From assembly GCF_004010195.1 (NCBI RefSeq), contig NC_057749.1, positions 23,728,999 through 23,792,998 on the forward strand: a stretch of DNA of 64,000 bases, given 5' to 3'. Position 1 is the stretch's first letter. Each line of letters begins with the position of its first letter. The DNA is from Chiloscyllium plagiosum (taxonomy: Eukaryota). Shown here piece after piece: positions 23,917 to 36,079 of this stretch. The notes under the pieces are model-generated. The model was not told where the DNA came from and searched no databases. It was given only the letters and a program-made list of their open reading frames with translations. Position numbers and translations under genes: made by a program.

Positions 23917-24488
23917 AGGTACATGAATGGGAAAGGTTTAGAAGGATGTGGGCCAAGTGCAGGCGAATGGGACTAGTTCAGTTTGGGGAACCTGGTCAGC
24001 ATGGACGTGTTGGGCTGAAGGGTCTGTTTCTGTGCTATACATCTCTATGTCAGGATTACACCCTTACAGTCATATAGTACAGCACAGAAACAGACCCTTC
24101 TGTCCAACTTATCCAGGCCCACCAGGTATCCTAAATTAATTTAGTCCCATTTGCCAGCATTTGGCCTATATCCCCCCAAAATCTTCCTATTCATGTACTG
24201 ATCCAGGTGCCTTTTAAATGCTGTAATTGTACCAGTCTCCACCATTTCCTCTGGCAGCTCATTCACACATGCACCACCCTCTGTGTGAAAAAGTTGCCCC
24301 TTAGGTCCCTTTTATATTTTTCCCCTCTCACCCTAAACCTAGGCCCTCTACTTCTGGATTTCCCCAACCTAGGGAAAAGACTTTGTCTATTTATCCTATT
24401 CACGCCCCTCATGATGTTATAAACCTCTATAAGGTCACCCCTCAGACTCCAACATTCCAGGGAAAACAGTCCCAGCCTATTCAGCCTC

Positions 24489-25067
24489 TGTTGCGGACAT
24501 TGGTTAGGCTACTTTTGGAATACTGCGTGCAATTCTGGTCTCTTTCCTTTCGGAAGGATGTTGTGAAACTTGAAAGGGTTCAGAAAAGATTTACAAGGAT
24601 GTTGCCAGGGTTGGAGAGTTTGAGCTGTAGGGAGACGTTGAATAGGCTGGGGCTATTTTCCCTGGAGTGTCAGAGGCTGAGGGGTGCCCTGATAGAGGTT
24701 TATAAAATCATGAGGGACATGTATAGAGTGAATAGACAAGGTCTTTTCTCTGGGGTGGGGAAGTCCAGAACTAGAGAGCATGGGTTTAGGGTGAGAGGGG
24801 AAAGATATAAAAGGGACCGAAGGGGCAACATTTTCACACAGAGGGTGTTGCGTGTGTGAATGGGCTGCCAGAGGAAGTGGTGGAGGCTGGTACAATGACA
24901 ATATTTAAAAGGCATCTGGATGGGTATATGAACAGGAAGGGTTTGGAAGGATATGGGCCGATGTGCTGGCAGGTGGGACAAGATTGGGTTGGGATATCTG
25001 GTCGGCATGGATAGGTTGGACTGAAGGGTCTGTTTCTGTGCTGTACATCTTTATAACTGTATGACTC
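24489..25067 (+). mobile_element. CR1 LINE 3' portion nested in the opposite orientation
   Basis: RTLVRLLLEYCVQFWSLSFRKDVVKLERVQKRFTRMLPGLE..RGALIEVYKIMR followed by a (tatgactc) tail. Confidence 0.92.
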
Positions 25068-25567
25068 TCCGTATAGCTCAAATCCTCTAACCCTGGCAAC
25101 ATCCTTGGAAATCTTTATGAACCCTTTCAAGTTTCACAACATCTGTCTGAGAGGAGTGAGACCCGAATTGCACTGCTTAACCAATGTCCAGCCAGAACAT
25201 GACCTCTCAACTTCTATACTCAATGCTCTGACTAATAAAGGAAAGCAGAGCAAACACCTCCTTCACTATCCTATCTACCTGCGACTCCACTTTCAAGGAG
25301 CTATGAACCTGCACTCCAAGGTCTTTGTTCAGCAACCCTCCCCACCACTTTGCCATTAAGTGTATAAGTCCTGCTCTGATTTGCCTCTGCAAAATGCAGC
25401 ATCTCACATTTATCTGAATTAAACTCCATCACCCATTGGCCCATCTGATGAAGATCCCATTGTGATCCGAGGTAACTTTCTTCTCTGTCCACTCCACCTC
25501 CAATTTTGGTGTCATCTGCAAACTGCGTACATATACCTCTTATGTTCACATCCAAATCAGTTACATA

Positions 25568-25740
25568 TAGAGGAACCTCGATTATCTGAAGGACATGGGC
25601 GGGGATTATTTTGTTCGGTTAATCGAATTCCGGATAATCAAATGCCGGATAACACAGTTTAGCCAAGCATCGAGACCTTGTGATCTCCTGGATAACCCGA
25701 TATTTGGATAATCGAATGCCGGATAATTGAGGTTCCTCTG
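25568..25740. mobile_element. Tc1/mariner (pogo/Tigger-like) MITE
   Basis: TIRs (t/c)agaggaacctcgattatc and gataattgaggttcctctg. TA target duplication at 25566-25567 and 25741-25742. Internal ccggataatc repeats. Confidence 0.88.
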
Positions 25741-26751
25741 TAAATTATGAAAAGCAGTGAGCCCGGCACCGATCCTTGTGGCACTCCACTGGTCACAGGC
25801 CTCCAGTGGATGGTCCTCCACCACCATCCTCTGTCCTCTACCTTTGAGCCAGTTCTGTATCCAAATGGCTACTTCTCCCTGTATTCCATGTGATCTAACC
25901 TTGAGGGGAAACAAAGTACAATCCTCTTGAAGCTTAAGCAGAGTCTCCAATCTCTCACATAACAATAAACTGTTCAAGAAATTGAGCAAGTCTGGCAGCA
26001 TCTGTGGACAGAGAAACAGTGTTAACATTTCTATTCTGTCATAATTCTTCTTCAGAACTTAAGGGGGCTGGAAAAGATTATTGACATGGGGGAAATGGCA
26101 TTTCCCATTCTCTCACTGTCCTGGTGGGTTAATGAGGTAAGAGAATAATCCACTTTCTCTAACAGCATGTGACAAGCTAGATTGAGGGTTTGGGTTAAAT
26201 TGCTCCTTTATCTTATGTTTAATCAAAACCAAGTAGAAAACTTCAAATGTTAATATATCTTAGCAGCTGTGTTAATGTTATTGCACTGGATAGTATCAGC
26301 ACTGCTGACTATAAACTAGGTTCAATGCTTTCCCTGTCACTTTAGGGATAAGCATTGAAAGGTGTGAAAATTGAGATTTGAACTTTAGAGAGAGTTAACC
26401 TTTTGCTTTTAGCAGTGACAGCTGGAAAATACCATCTGTCCAATTAAATAACCGTCATCCAATTTAGTCATTGCTCAAACTACTTTGTGTAAATGCTGCT
26501 GCGGTCTGTTTGTGATTCCTCTCTGTATTATTCCAAACACCTCTGCTGGAAAATCAGTCAGAGGATTTTTATTTGAATTTTCAAATCCTTGTCAGTACTA
26601 CTAAATGGTCAAACTCTCTAACAGTCATCTTTCTATTTATGAAGGACTCAATCTTCTTTTCTCTTCCGACATTTGGTGTCATATGGGGCAGACAAAGCAC
26701 ATCTGTTTCCATAACTAGATTTTCTTTAGGACAGGAAGTCACTATCCTGTC

Positions 26752-27432
26752 ACAGTGTCATACAGCACAGAAACAGACCTTCGGTCCAACCAACCCATGC
26801 CGACCACAATCCCAAACTAAACTAAACGAACCTGTCTGCGTTTGGCCCATATTCCTCCAAACATTTCTTGTTCATGTACTTACCTCTCAACTTTTAAACA
26901 TTGCAATTGTACCTGCATCCATCACTTCCTCAGGAAGTTTGTTCCACATGCAAACCGTCCTCTGTGTGAAGAAAATTGCCCCTCATGACTTTCTAAAATC
27001 TTTCTCCTCTCACCTTTAAAAAATGTGTCCCCAGTCTTGAAATCCCCCATTCTAGGAAAAAGACAATGACCATTAACTCCATCTATACCCCTCATTATTT
27101 TATAAACTTCTATCAGGTCGTTTCTCAACTCCCTATGCTCCAGTAAAAAAAGTCCCAGCCTATCCTGCCTCCCCTTATGACTCAAACGTTCCATACCCAG
27201 CAACACCCTGGTAAATCTCTTCTGAACCCTTTCCAGCTTAATAATATCCTTCCTACAACTGGGTGACTGGAATTGGACACAGTTCTCCAGAAGAGGCCTC
27301 CCCAGTGTCCTGTACAACTTCAACATGATGCCCCAACTCCTATACTCAAAGGACTGAGCAATGAAGGCAAGCATGCTAAATGCCTTTTTAACCCCTCTGT
27401 CTATATGTGTTGCAAACTTCAAAGAATTACAT
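26752..27432 (-). mobile_element. CR1 LINE 3' portion
   Basis: ORF 26922..27422: KKAFSMLAFIAQSFEYRSWGIMLKLYRTLGRPLLENCVQF..LERVQKRFTR. Confidence 0.93.
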
Positions 27433-28099
27433 CCCTATAACCTGACATCTCCAAGGTTGCAGTCTGAGAGGTGTCATTCTTAATCAAATGTAACTGACCT
27501 GGAGATTTTCCTGCTCTTAACAGTTGCCATAGGCATTTTGAAAGTTTTTGTGGATTGATACTTAACTCCTCTGACTATGTTATGAATTAACCTACCATTG
27601 GCCAACAGGTTCTGGAGTGAGATCTGAAGGTTCAGAGAAAGAAATGTTTCCTGTTGTGCCTCTGTCCAAAGAGAGGCGTCCAACTTGTAGCCAGTTCTCC
27701 ATAAGTGGATCTTGGATCCCAGAGAAAGTAGAACCCAGAACCTTTGCTCCTTTGCTGATGTAGCATCCTATCACAATGCTGCCAATTCAATTTCTGACTT
27801 CTGAAAGCAAACCCTTCTGGAATAAATAATGACTTCTCAATGATGCCTGCTTCATTAATGGGCAGGTTGGCCAACCAGATTCAAGGGATGCCAAAATACT
27901 CCAGGAATTGTGAATCTCAACAAGCTTTGTTCGGTATCCTCTGGCCCCACCATTTGCTTCACATGATCAGTATTTCGCCTTTTGCTTCCTCATTATTGTG
28001 AAGAACCTGCTGGGCCTGCACTTTCATTGATTACTGATTAAACTTGCTGCAGAATGTTAGGGCTGGCGATTAGCAGCACAAGTACCCTTCTTACAATCT

Positions 28100-28657
28100 G
28101 ATGATGGGCGTGCAAATCCTGGGCCTCCTCCACCGTCAAATCCTAGCACTCCTCCTTCCACTCCGCCAAGGACATGCAAGTCCTGGGCCTCTTCCACAGC
28201 CGGATCCAAATCACCTGACACCTGGAGGAAGAAAGCCTCATCTTCTGCCTTGGGACCCTCCAAACACAGGGGATCAACATTGACTTCACCAGTTTCCTCA
28301 TATCCTCTCGCCCCACCTCATCCTAGATCCAACCCTCCAACTCGGCACTGCCTTCTTGAACTGTCCTACCTGACCATCTTCCTTCCCACCTAACCGCTCC
28401 ACCCTCCAATCCGACCTATCACTATCACCCCCCCACCTGCATCTACCTATCGTCTTCCCATCCACCTTAACCCCCATCCCCGATCCCACCCTCCTATTTA
28501 TCTGTCAGCCCCCTTCCCCCCCTGACATTCCTGGTCAAGAGCTTATGCCGGAAACGTCGACTCTCCTGCTCTTCGGATGCTGCCTGACCTGCTGTGCTTT
28601 TCCAGCGCCACAATGTTCGACTCTGATCTCCAGCACCTGCAGTCCTCCCTTTCTCCA
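28100..28657 (+). mobile_element. Neptune-type PLE 3' fragment
   Basis: Homologous to 23440-23916 (SPSHSAKDMQVLGL..LEEESLIFCLGTLQTQGINIDF) with the same 3' repeat. Confidence 0.88.
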
Positions 28658-29204
28658 AGGGTATGGAAGAACAAAGCAGAAGATGGCACTTGGTAATGAT
28701 GGTCATTTAATAAGCAGTGCAGGTGTAATTGACTAAATGGTGTCTTTCTACATCATAAAAATTCTGTGATGCTAACCAACAAATCCACCTAGAGAAGGAA
28801 CAATTTAAACTGCAGAGTCTCGTTCAGGTATGTAGTAGATTGTTGTGGGAGACTTAAAACATTTTAACGTTCTTCATCACTTTCCTCCCTCATTAATTCA
28901 GTTATTCTTTTTCATGCTCTCACAGCTTAATTTGATGCTAATTCAGCATGTTTCCATCTCTGTTGTTCCTCTGCTTATGTTTAATTGCAAAATCTCACTT
29001 GTTAAAGTCGTAGAGTCTTGGTTCTGTCACCTATTGAGGTTTGAGGAGCTGCATTACTCTCACTAGAGCATGATCAAGTTGCACTTCTGGCAAATTACTG
29101 AGACATTCATTACATTTGTGATAAAGGCTTAAGGGGCAAGTCTCACTTAGCAGAGCATGCTGCTGCTATTGAGCAGATGTCCCTGCCTCCCTCCCACTGA
29201 AAGT

Positions 29205-30122
29205 AGAGTCTTAGAGATGTATGGTGCAGAAACAGACCCTTTGATCTGTCTTGTCCATGCCGACCAGATATCAGCCTCTCCCTATAGCTCAAATCCTCCA
29301 ACACCATTAACATCCTTGTAAATCTTTTCTGAACCCTTTCAAGTTTCACAACATCATTTTGATAGGAGAGAGACCTGAATTGCACACAATATTCCAGAAG
29401 TTGCCTAACCAATGTCCTGTCCTGTTGCAACATGAGCCCCCAACTCCCATATTCAATGCACTGACCAATAAAGTGTGATGATGATGCTCCTTTACCAAGG
29501 TTATGCTGCTCTTGGCTATTTTTCTCAGAGAGGCCATAAAAGCAGTGATTCCGAAAGGTCTGGCTTCAATGGGTTTTAAGGCCAATTTGATTGTAGCTAA
29601 CAGATACTCCCTCAGGAAAAAGGCTTTCAAGTTTAAAAACACTTGTACAATGAAATGGGAGTGGCCAGTTCTCCCAGCTCAGCTTTACTCTGGTTTGATT
29701 TGGTTTTAGCAGTCTGGCTGTTCACAGACAGCAGTCAGTCAGTTTGTGAAGCTACTGGACAGAAAGAAGCAGGTCCATGCTGACCCTCCCTCTCTCTGAC
29801 ATCTCTCCTGTAACACCCTGTGTTTGATTTTACCTTTTGTGCCAAGCGGTGTTTATGTGGTTGTTTGAAGTATTTGGAACAGCATTGGTAAGTTAGGATG
29901 ATCTGTTGGCTTTTTGGATAGCTCTATATTCTGATCTATTTTGTTGGTATTTCATTCGGTAATCTTGTAAATAAATTCTGTTTTATTTAAAATTAAGTGG
30001 TTTGACCGGCTGGGCTACTTTCTTGAAATGGATTGAGGGAGTGAGGCCTGGTCCATAACAAAAGGAAAGCATACCAAATGCCTTCTTCACTATCCTATCG
30101 ACCTGCGACTCCACTTTCAAGT
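29205..30122 (-). mobile_element. CR1 fragment split by a solo LTR
   Basis: RTLVRQLLEYCVQFRSLSYQNDVVKLERVQKRFTRML. The sequence gcactgaccaataaag|gaaagcatacc rejoins across the LTR. Confidence 0.85.
29474..30060 (+). mobile_element. Solo LTR (Gypsy-like by TSD length)
   Basis: TG..CA termini (tgtgatg .. ccataaca), internal AATAAA at ~29970, 4 bp TSD aaag at 29470-29473 and 30061-30064. Homologous copy at 43518-44442. Confidence 0.85.
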
Positions 30123-30124
30123 CC

Positions 30125-30774
30125 TTTAAGGAGATAGCCATGACCCTAACTTTTATTTTTATTTAAAGGCAGGTGTCGGTTGTTGTGTTCCAGATGTGAT
30201 TTGATTGATCCACCACTAGGCTTTAATCAAAACACACTTTATTCTTACAGCACAGTTGAATTACAACAAAAGAACTTCCATAACTTTACTCTATTGAAAT
30301 ATCTAACAAGATAATGTATTATTTAACCACTAATCATCAACTGTTCCAATATAGGTGGCCCCATAAATACGCCCTTTGGGAAGAATGCAGTTTAGCTACA
30401 CAGTTATGATTCTCATGTGCTGTCTCTCTCCAGTCCAGAGAAAAGAAGCAATCTGCCCCTTTTGATTTTGAAGAGGAAGCCTCTCTGTCTCAGGCTTTAC
30501 TCTAGCAGTAGGGAACTCAGGCTGTTAGCTCAGCAGAAGCAGACAAATTTTGACGAACTGAAAGTCAAACTAAAAGCCTTCCTGGGTCTGTGTGAGCCCT
30601 GACCCCACCCACTCGTGATTCTTTTGTCTCGTTTCAAATAAAACATCCAAACGCTGTTTGCCAATAGTCTGTCTGAAGTTTGGCACCACTGTGGCAACGG
30701 CTCTCTGCAAAAGAGAAAGGACAGAGCAAATCTCTGTTAAAGACACAGTATGACCCAGCCGGAAAGACTTGACA
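30125..30774 (-). mobile_element. Probable second solo-LTR-like element
   Basis: Non-CR1 block between CR1 pieces, ending ..cttgaca (TGTCA on minus), with tttatt (minus-strand AATAAA) at ~30238. No TSD confirmed. Confidence 0.45.
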
Positions 30775-31270
30775 TCCAGATGCCTTTTGGATGTTGCAAT
30801 TGTACCAGCCTCCACAACTTCCTCTGGCAGCTCATTCCATACACGTACCACCCTCTGCATGAAAAAGTTGCCCCTTAGGTCTTTCCCATCTTACCTTAAA
30901 CCTATGCCCTCTAGTGTTGGACTCCTCACCCTGGGGAAAAGACCTTTTCTATTCACCTTGTCCATGACCCTCATGATTTGATGAACCTCTATAAGGTCAT
31001 TCCTCAGCCTTCGACACTCCAGGGAAAGTAGCCCCGCAGTATTCAGCTTCTCCCTTAAATGCAAACCCTCCAACCCTGGCAAAATTCTTATAAATATTTT
31101 CTGAACTCTTTCAAGTTTCAGAACATCCTTTTTAACACAGGGAGACCAGAATTGCCCGCAGTATTCTAAAAGTGGTCTTACCAATGTCCCGTACAGCTGA
31201 ACCATGACCTCCCAACTCCCATACTCAATGCACTGACCAAAAAAAGGCAAGTGTACCAAACACCTTCTTC
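30775..31270 (-). mobile_element. CR1 LINE 3' portion
   Basis: IEYGSWEVMVQLYGTLVRPLLEYCGQFWSP..QRVVRVWNELPEEVVEAG. Confidence 0.92.
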
Positions 31271-31272
31271 GT

Positions 31273-31785
31273 GGAATTCCTACAGTGTGGAAACAGCCCT
31301 TTTGGTGCAACAAGTCCACACCCACCCTCTGATGAATGACCCATTCCCCTACATTTACCCCTGACTAACACATCTAACCTACGCATCCCTGAACACTGTG
31401 GGCAATTTAGCATAGCCAATTCACCTAACCTTCATATCTTTGGATTGTGGGAGAAAACCGGAACACCCAGACACGGGGAGAATGTGCAAACTCCACACAG
31501 ACAGTCGCCCGAGGCTGGAATTGAACCTGGGTCCCTGGGCACTGTGAGGCAGCAGTGCTAACCGCTGAGCCACCATGCCAGCCCTATTCTGTCCACCTAG
31601 TTTAGGTAGATTGACTATGGTTAATTGCACATAATGTCCAGGGATGTGCAGGTTGGATGGATTAGCCATGGGAAATGAAGGGTTAAAGGGATATGAGATG
31701 TGAGTGAGTCTGAGATGCTCTCTGGAGGGTCAGGGCAGAACCGATGGACTGAATGGCCTCTTTCCATATTGTAGAGATTCATCAT
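31273..31785 (-). mobile_element. HE1-type V-SINE (minus, 31273-31582) followed by a + strand SINE 3' half (~31595-31785)
   Basis: Canonical head, V domain and tail motifs. Confidence 0.88.
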
Positions 31786-31824
31786 TTTATGCTAAAGCAG
31801 ACAAATGTTACCCTGGCTGGGACA

Positions 31825-32092
31825 CATTCTCAGAATAAGGAGTAGGCCATTCAGGCTTAGAGAAGGAGTGAATTTCTTCACTCAGGGAGTGGTGAATCTT
31901 TGGAACTCTATACTGCAAAGTGCTGGGGAGGCTCTGTCATTTAAGATGAATATTCATAGACTTCTGGATATCAAGGAATAAGGGGAAAGTGCAGGGAAAT
32001 GACATTGAGGCAGCAGACCTGCACTGATCTAGCTGAGTAATGGAGTGGGTTCAATGGACCAAGTGGCTGACTCCTGTTCTATTTCCTGTGCT
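31825..32092 (+). mobile_element. Old CR1 3' end
   Basis: gggacacattctcagaataagg..aatttcttcactcagggagtggtgaatctttggaactct (GHILRIR..NFFTQGVVNLWNS). Confidence 0.75.
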
Positions 32093-32107
32093 CCACAACA
32101 TTGGGGC

Positions 32108-32405
32108 AATGATGGCCCAGTGCTACGGTTACTAGACCATTAATTCAGAGATCCAAGTCATGTGCTGGCAATCTGGATCCAAGTCCTGCCATAGTAGTTG
32201 GTGAATTGAATTAAAAATCTAGAATTAGAAACCAAAACAAACTAGCCCAGTGGCAATTATTAGGCGAAATCTATTGGGTTCAAGACTGCTCTTGAGGAAA
32301 AGAAACTGCAGTCCTTACTTGGTCTGGCTATGTGACTCCAGACCAACAGCAAGATGGCTGCATCAAAACTACTTCCTGGGCATGAATGCCTACATCCTAT
32401 GAATA
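32108..32405 (+). mobile_element. Second SINE family (L2-type tail), degraded
   Basis: Shares ggaa.gaa.ctgc.gtccttac.tggtctggc..atgtgactccagacc.acagcaa with 35650-35945 and 47385-47765. Confidence 0.7.
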
Positions 32406-32409
32406 GAAA

Positions 32410-32900
32410 GTGTCCTATCAGGATGCATCACAGCTTGGTACAGCAATGGCTCTGCCCCAGGACCACAAGAAACTACAGAGAGTTGTGAACACAGTCCAGT
32501 CCCTCACACAAGCCAACCTTCCATCCATTGACTCCATCTACACTTCCCACTGCCTCGGGAAGGCAGCCAACATCATCAAAGACCCCTCCCACCCCGGTTA
32601 TAATCTTTCCCAACCTCTTCTGTCAGACAGAAGATGCAAAAGCTAAAACATACGGACCAACAGATTCAAGAGCAGCTTCTTCCCGGCTGTTATTAGACTT
32701 ATGAATGGATCTCTCAAATTTTTAATTTAATATTGATCTTGCTCTCTGTGCACCTTCTCTATAGCCGTAACATTGTATTCCTTGCTCTGTTCCATTACTC
32801 TGATGCACTTTGTATGGTATGGTCTGCCTTACTGCACGCAAAACAAAACTTTTCACTGTACGTAGGTACATGTGACAATAATAAATCAAATCAAATCAAA
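32410..32900 (+). mobile_element. Rex1/Babar LINE 3' fragment
   Basis: QDHKKLQRVVNTVQSLTQANLPSIDSIYTSHCLGKAANIIKDPSHPGYNL followed by a (aaatc)n tail. Confidence 0.9.
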
Positions 32901-33015
32901 AAATGGTCTTCTTGATTCTTGGTGAGCTAGTGAAATGGATTCATTATCTTGCTGATTACAGACAAAACATAAAACAATTTTTGCTAGACTTTTCAGCAGT
33001 CTCTCTCTGTCTTCA

Positions 33016-33335
33016 TAGAAGGAAATCCATACAGTGCAGAAGCAAGCCATTCAGCCCATCAAGACCACACTGACTCTCTGCAGAACATCTTACCCAGATT
33101 CATGCTATCCCAGTAACCCTACATTTCCCAGGGCTAGCCCACCTAGTCTGCACACTACAAGGTAGTTTAGCACATCCAATCCACCTAACCTGCTCATTTT
33201 TGGACTGTGGGTGGAAACCCACACAGACACAAGGAGAACGTGCAAACTTCACACAGAAAGTCACCTGAGGGTGGGATCGAACCTGGGTCCCTGGTGCTGT
33301 GAGCTAGCAGTGCTAACCGCTGAGCCATCGTGTGC
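33016..33335 (-). mobile_element. HE1-type V-SINE
   Basis: Reverse-complement head, V domain and tail. Confidence 0.88.
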
Positions 33336-34149
33336 CTGTGCAAAATTTTTATGAACAATTTTAATCAGATTGACCACTGGTTTCCAAATTTCACCTCTTC
33401 CTACTTCCCTAGATGAGGAGACATTTTGATTATTTTCTGCCTCTGTTTGTGAGATTTCAATAATCCTTGTATTGGATTGCTGGGTGTCTTTGAAAATCCG
33501 CTGGATCAGTTCAGCTCAGTCAGTGAATCACTTTGTGACAAACTTTGGATGGATTCTTTGTTCCTGCAAAATCTGAGACAAAAAACAATCCATTGTCTGA
33601 TAAACGTTCCTAATTTACTGTGTGTTAGAACTAAAGTGCAAGCTATTCCGTTGATATATTTCAATGGTACAGTATAATCTGCTCATATGTCCTCCTAAAA
33701 ATACACGACATTCCTTTTTTGGCTACAGTTTCATTTCAGCAACACAGTGGATTGCAGAGAATAGCATTACGACAGTTCAGAAAAAAATGACTCAGATGTG
33801 GAAAAATCCATTGATGCTCCAGTCTGCCCATTAAACACATTGCTCATAGGACCTGAGCCTCTCACACACTGAGACTACATCTAAAACAACAACAGCTGCC
33901 AGCTGCTGTCACTGTCTCTTTTAAAGTTGCCCTCGCACTCGGAACCTGGGGGATAATGAATGATCATTAAAGTCAATGTGGCGCAGAGGAAGTGAAACAC
34001 AATTTGCACAGAGTGATCCCTTAAAAGGCAATGGAAATACATTTGAAGTACAGTCTCTGTGTCGATTTGCCAATCTGCCACTTTGTTTTGTATAAGCAAC
34101 AATGAGCAGACCACACTCGCTCAGATTTTCACGTTTTCTCCAGCGAAGC

Positions 34150-34962
34150 TCGGAGTAAGCTGGAAGAACAGCATCTCATCTTCCGGGCAAAAGCGCAGAT
34201 GCTGGAGATTAGAGTCGAGAGTGTGGTGCTGGAAAAGCACAGCAGGTCAGGCAGCATCCGAGGAGCAGGAGAATCGGCGTTTCGGGCATAAGCCCTTAAT
34301 CAGGAATGATTAAGCGCCTCCTGCTCGGGGACCCTGCAGCCTTCTGGCAGACTCAATATCGAGGTCAATAATTTGAGGGATTGAGGCACCTTCTCCCATG
34401 TCCTTACCCAACCCCCACACACCAGGCCTCGTCATCACATTGGCTTCTACCACACACAACCAATTGTCAGTCACTGATGTTCCCCATTAGCAGCTATTGA
34501 TTCTCCCAGGCTGACCTTTACACATGTCTTCATAAAAACCGAAAGAACTACGGATGCTGTAAATCAGAAACAAAAACAGAAGCTGCTGGAAAAGCTCAGC
34601 AGGTCTGGCAGCATCTGTGGAGAGAAATGAGAATTAAAGTTTCAGGTACGGTGACCCTCAGAACAGTTCTAAGAAAGTGTCACTGGACCCAAAGCATTAA
34701 CTGATTTCTCTCTGCAGATGCTGCCAGACCTGCTGAGTGTTCACACATTCCTATGTCTGTCCAACTGTTCTCTCTCTCCCTCTCTCCCTGGGATCCATCT
34801 CTACCGATCGTTTACTCCTCGCCCCACCCCACCTTCAGCATACACATCAACCTTCTCCCAGCTATGATCAGTTCCAAAGCAGGATCACCTGATCAGAAAT
34901 GTTTCTCCCTCTACAGACACTGCCAGGCCCGCTAAGTTTCTCCAGTATTTTCTGTTTTAGTT
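34150..34962. mobile_element. Nested PLE pieces: + strand GIY-YIG tail/3' repeat carrying two PLE mini-inserts (34190-34310 and 34533-34740)
   Basis: aagctggaagaacagcatctcatcttcc..ctcggggaccctgcagccttctgg (KLEEQHLIF..LGTLQPSG) is split by a minus-strand terminal repeat. An inverted pair is centred at ~34660. Confidence 0.8.
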
Positions 34963-34979
34963 TCCCACTTTCTCAGATG

Positions 34980-35190
34980 TTGCTCAGGGGATAAATATTT
35001 GGACACTGGGAGGAACTTCACTGCATTTTTTCTGTCTAATGTAGAGAGCCACAATCTATCTGTAAGACAATGCCTCCTGTATGGCAGCACTCTCTCAGTA
35101 CTGTGCTGGAGAGACAGCCTGGATTTTTCCCTTCATGTCCCCAGGACTTGGCTTGACCCTCCGACCATCTGAAACAACCACAACTGGGCC
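34980..35190 (-). mobile_element. Ancient DeuSINE-like (SacSINE1-type) remnant
   Basis: gcagcactctctcagtactgtgctggagagacagcctggatttt resembles the reverse-complemented Deu domain. Recognised from memory. Confidence 0.5.
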
Positions 35191-35311
35191 TTATAGGGAA
35201 AGGGGAAAATGACCTATCTTTCCCATTTTTCAATGAAAGGGAAAATCACAATGCAGTTCAGGAGCAGAGCGGACATTCTCAGAGGAGAAGATGGCCTGAC
35301 AGCATTATCAG

Positions 35312-35530
35312 GGGTGACATGGTGGCTCAGTGGTTAGCACTGCTGCCCCATAGCCCCAGGGACCTGGGTTCAGTTCCACCCCTGGGTAATTGTCTGCGTG
35401 AAGTTTGCACATTCTCCCCATGTCTGCGTAGGTTCCCTCTGGATGTTCTGGTGTCCTCCCACAATCCAGGTTAAGTGGATTGGCCATGCTAAATTGCCCA
35501 TCGTGTGTGGGCTAGCCATGGGAAATGACT
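35312..35530 (+). mobile_element. HE1-type V-SINE, 3'-truncated
   Basis: ggtggctcagtggttagcactgctgcc head and V domain. Confidence 0.88.
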
Positions 35531-35649
35531 AGACTATTAATGTCCACATAGCACCCTCAGTCCTGGAAGAATGCTGTCTTGTTTTTACTGAACCAGTTAT
35601 ACATGACAGAAATGACAAATAAAAAGCTACTGTACTCTTAATCTATGCA

Positions 35650-35950
35650 CACAGCTAATGTTCCAGGAACCCGGGTTCGAAATCTCACCACAGCAGATGG
35701 TGGAATTTGAATTCAATTAAAAGGAAATCTGGAAATAAAAATCAACTGATGAAACCAACGAGAAAAACCCCATCAACCCTATCAATCAGGGAAGGAAATC
35801 TGCTACCCTCACCTGGTCTGGCCCACATGTGACTCCAGACCCACAGCAATGTGGTTGACTCTGAAATGACCTAGCAAGCCACTCATTTCAAAGGCAGCTA
35901 GGGACGGGCAATAAATGTTGGCCAGCCAGCGCCCAATCCCATGAGTAAAC
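35650..35950 (+). mobile_element. SINE with L2/CR1-group LINE tail
   Basis: B box gggttcgaaatc, core ggcagatggtggaatttgaattcaa, tail ggcagctagggacgggcaataaatgttggccagcc. Confidence 0.78.
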
Positions 35951-36079
35951 TATAAAGAAAGGTTTTCAATCATTCAGAAACTGCGAGGTTACCAACTGAT
36001 CAGGATAAACGGGGGGTGGTGGAGGGGGCGGGGGGGGGGGCTGCTGCTGAACATGAAAATCATGTTGAATGAACCTGCT

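Larger units (their letters stand above)
24066..25900 (-). mobile_element. CR1 LINE RT/3' portion, interrupted by a + strand CR1 and a MITE
   Basis: Peptides KVRSHGIQGEVAIWIQNWL, QFADDTKIGGGVD and DLGVQVHSSLKVESQVDRIVK. Confidence 0.9.
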
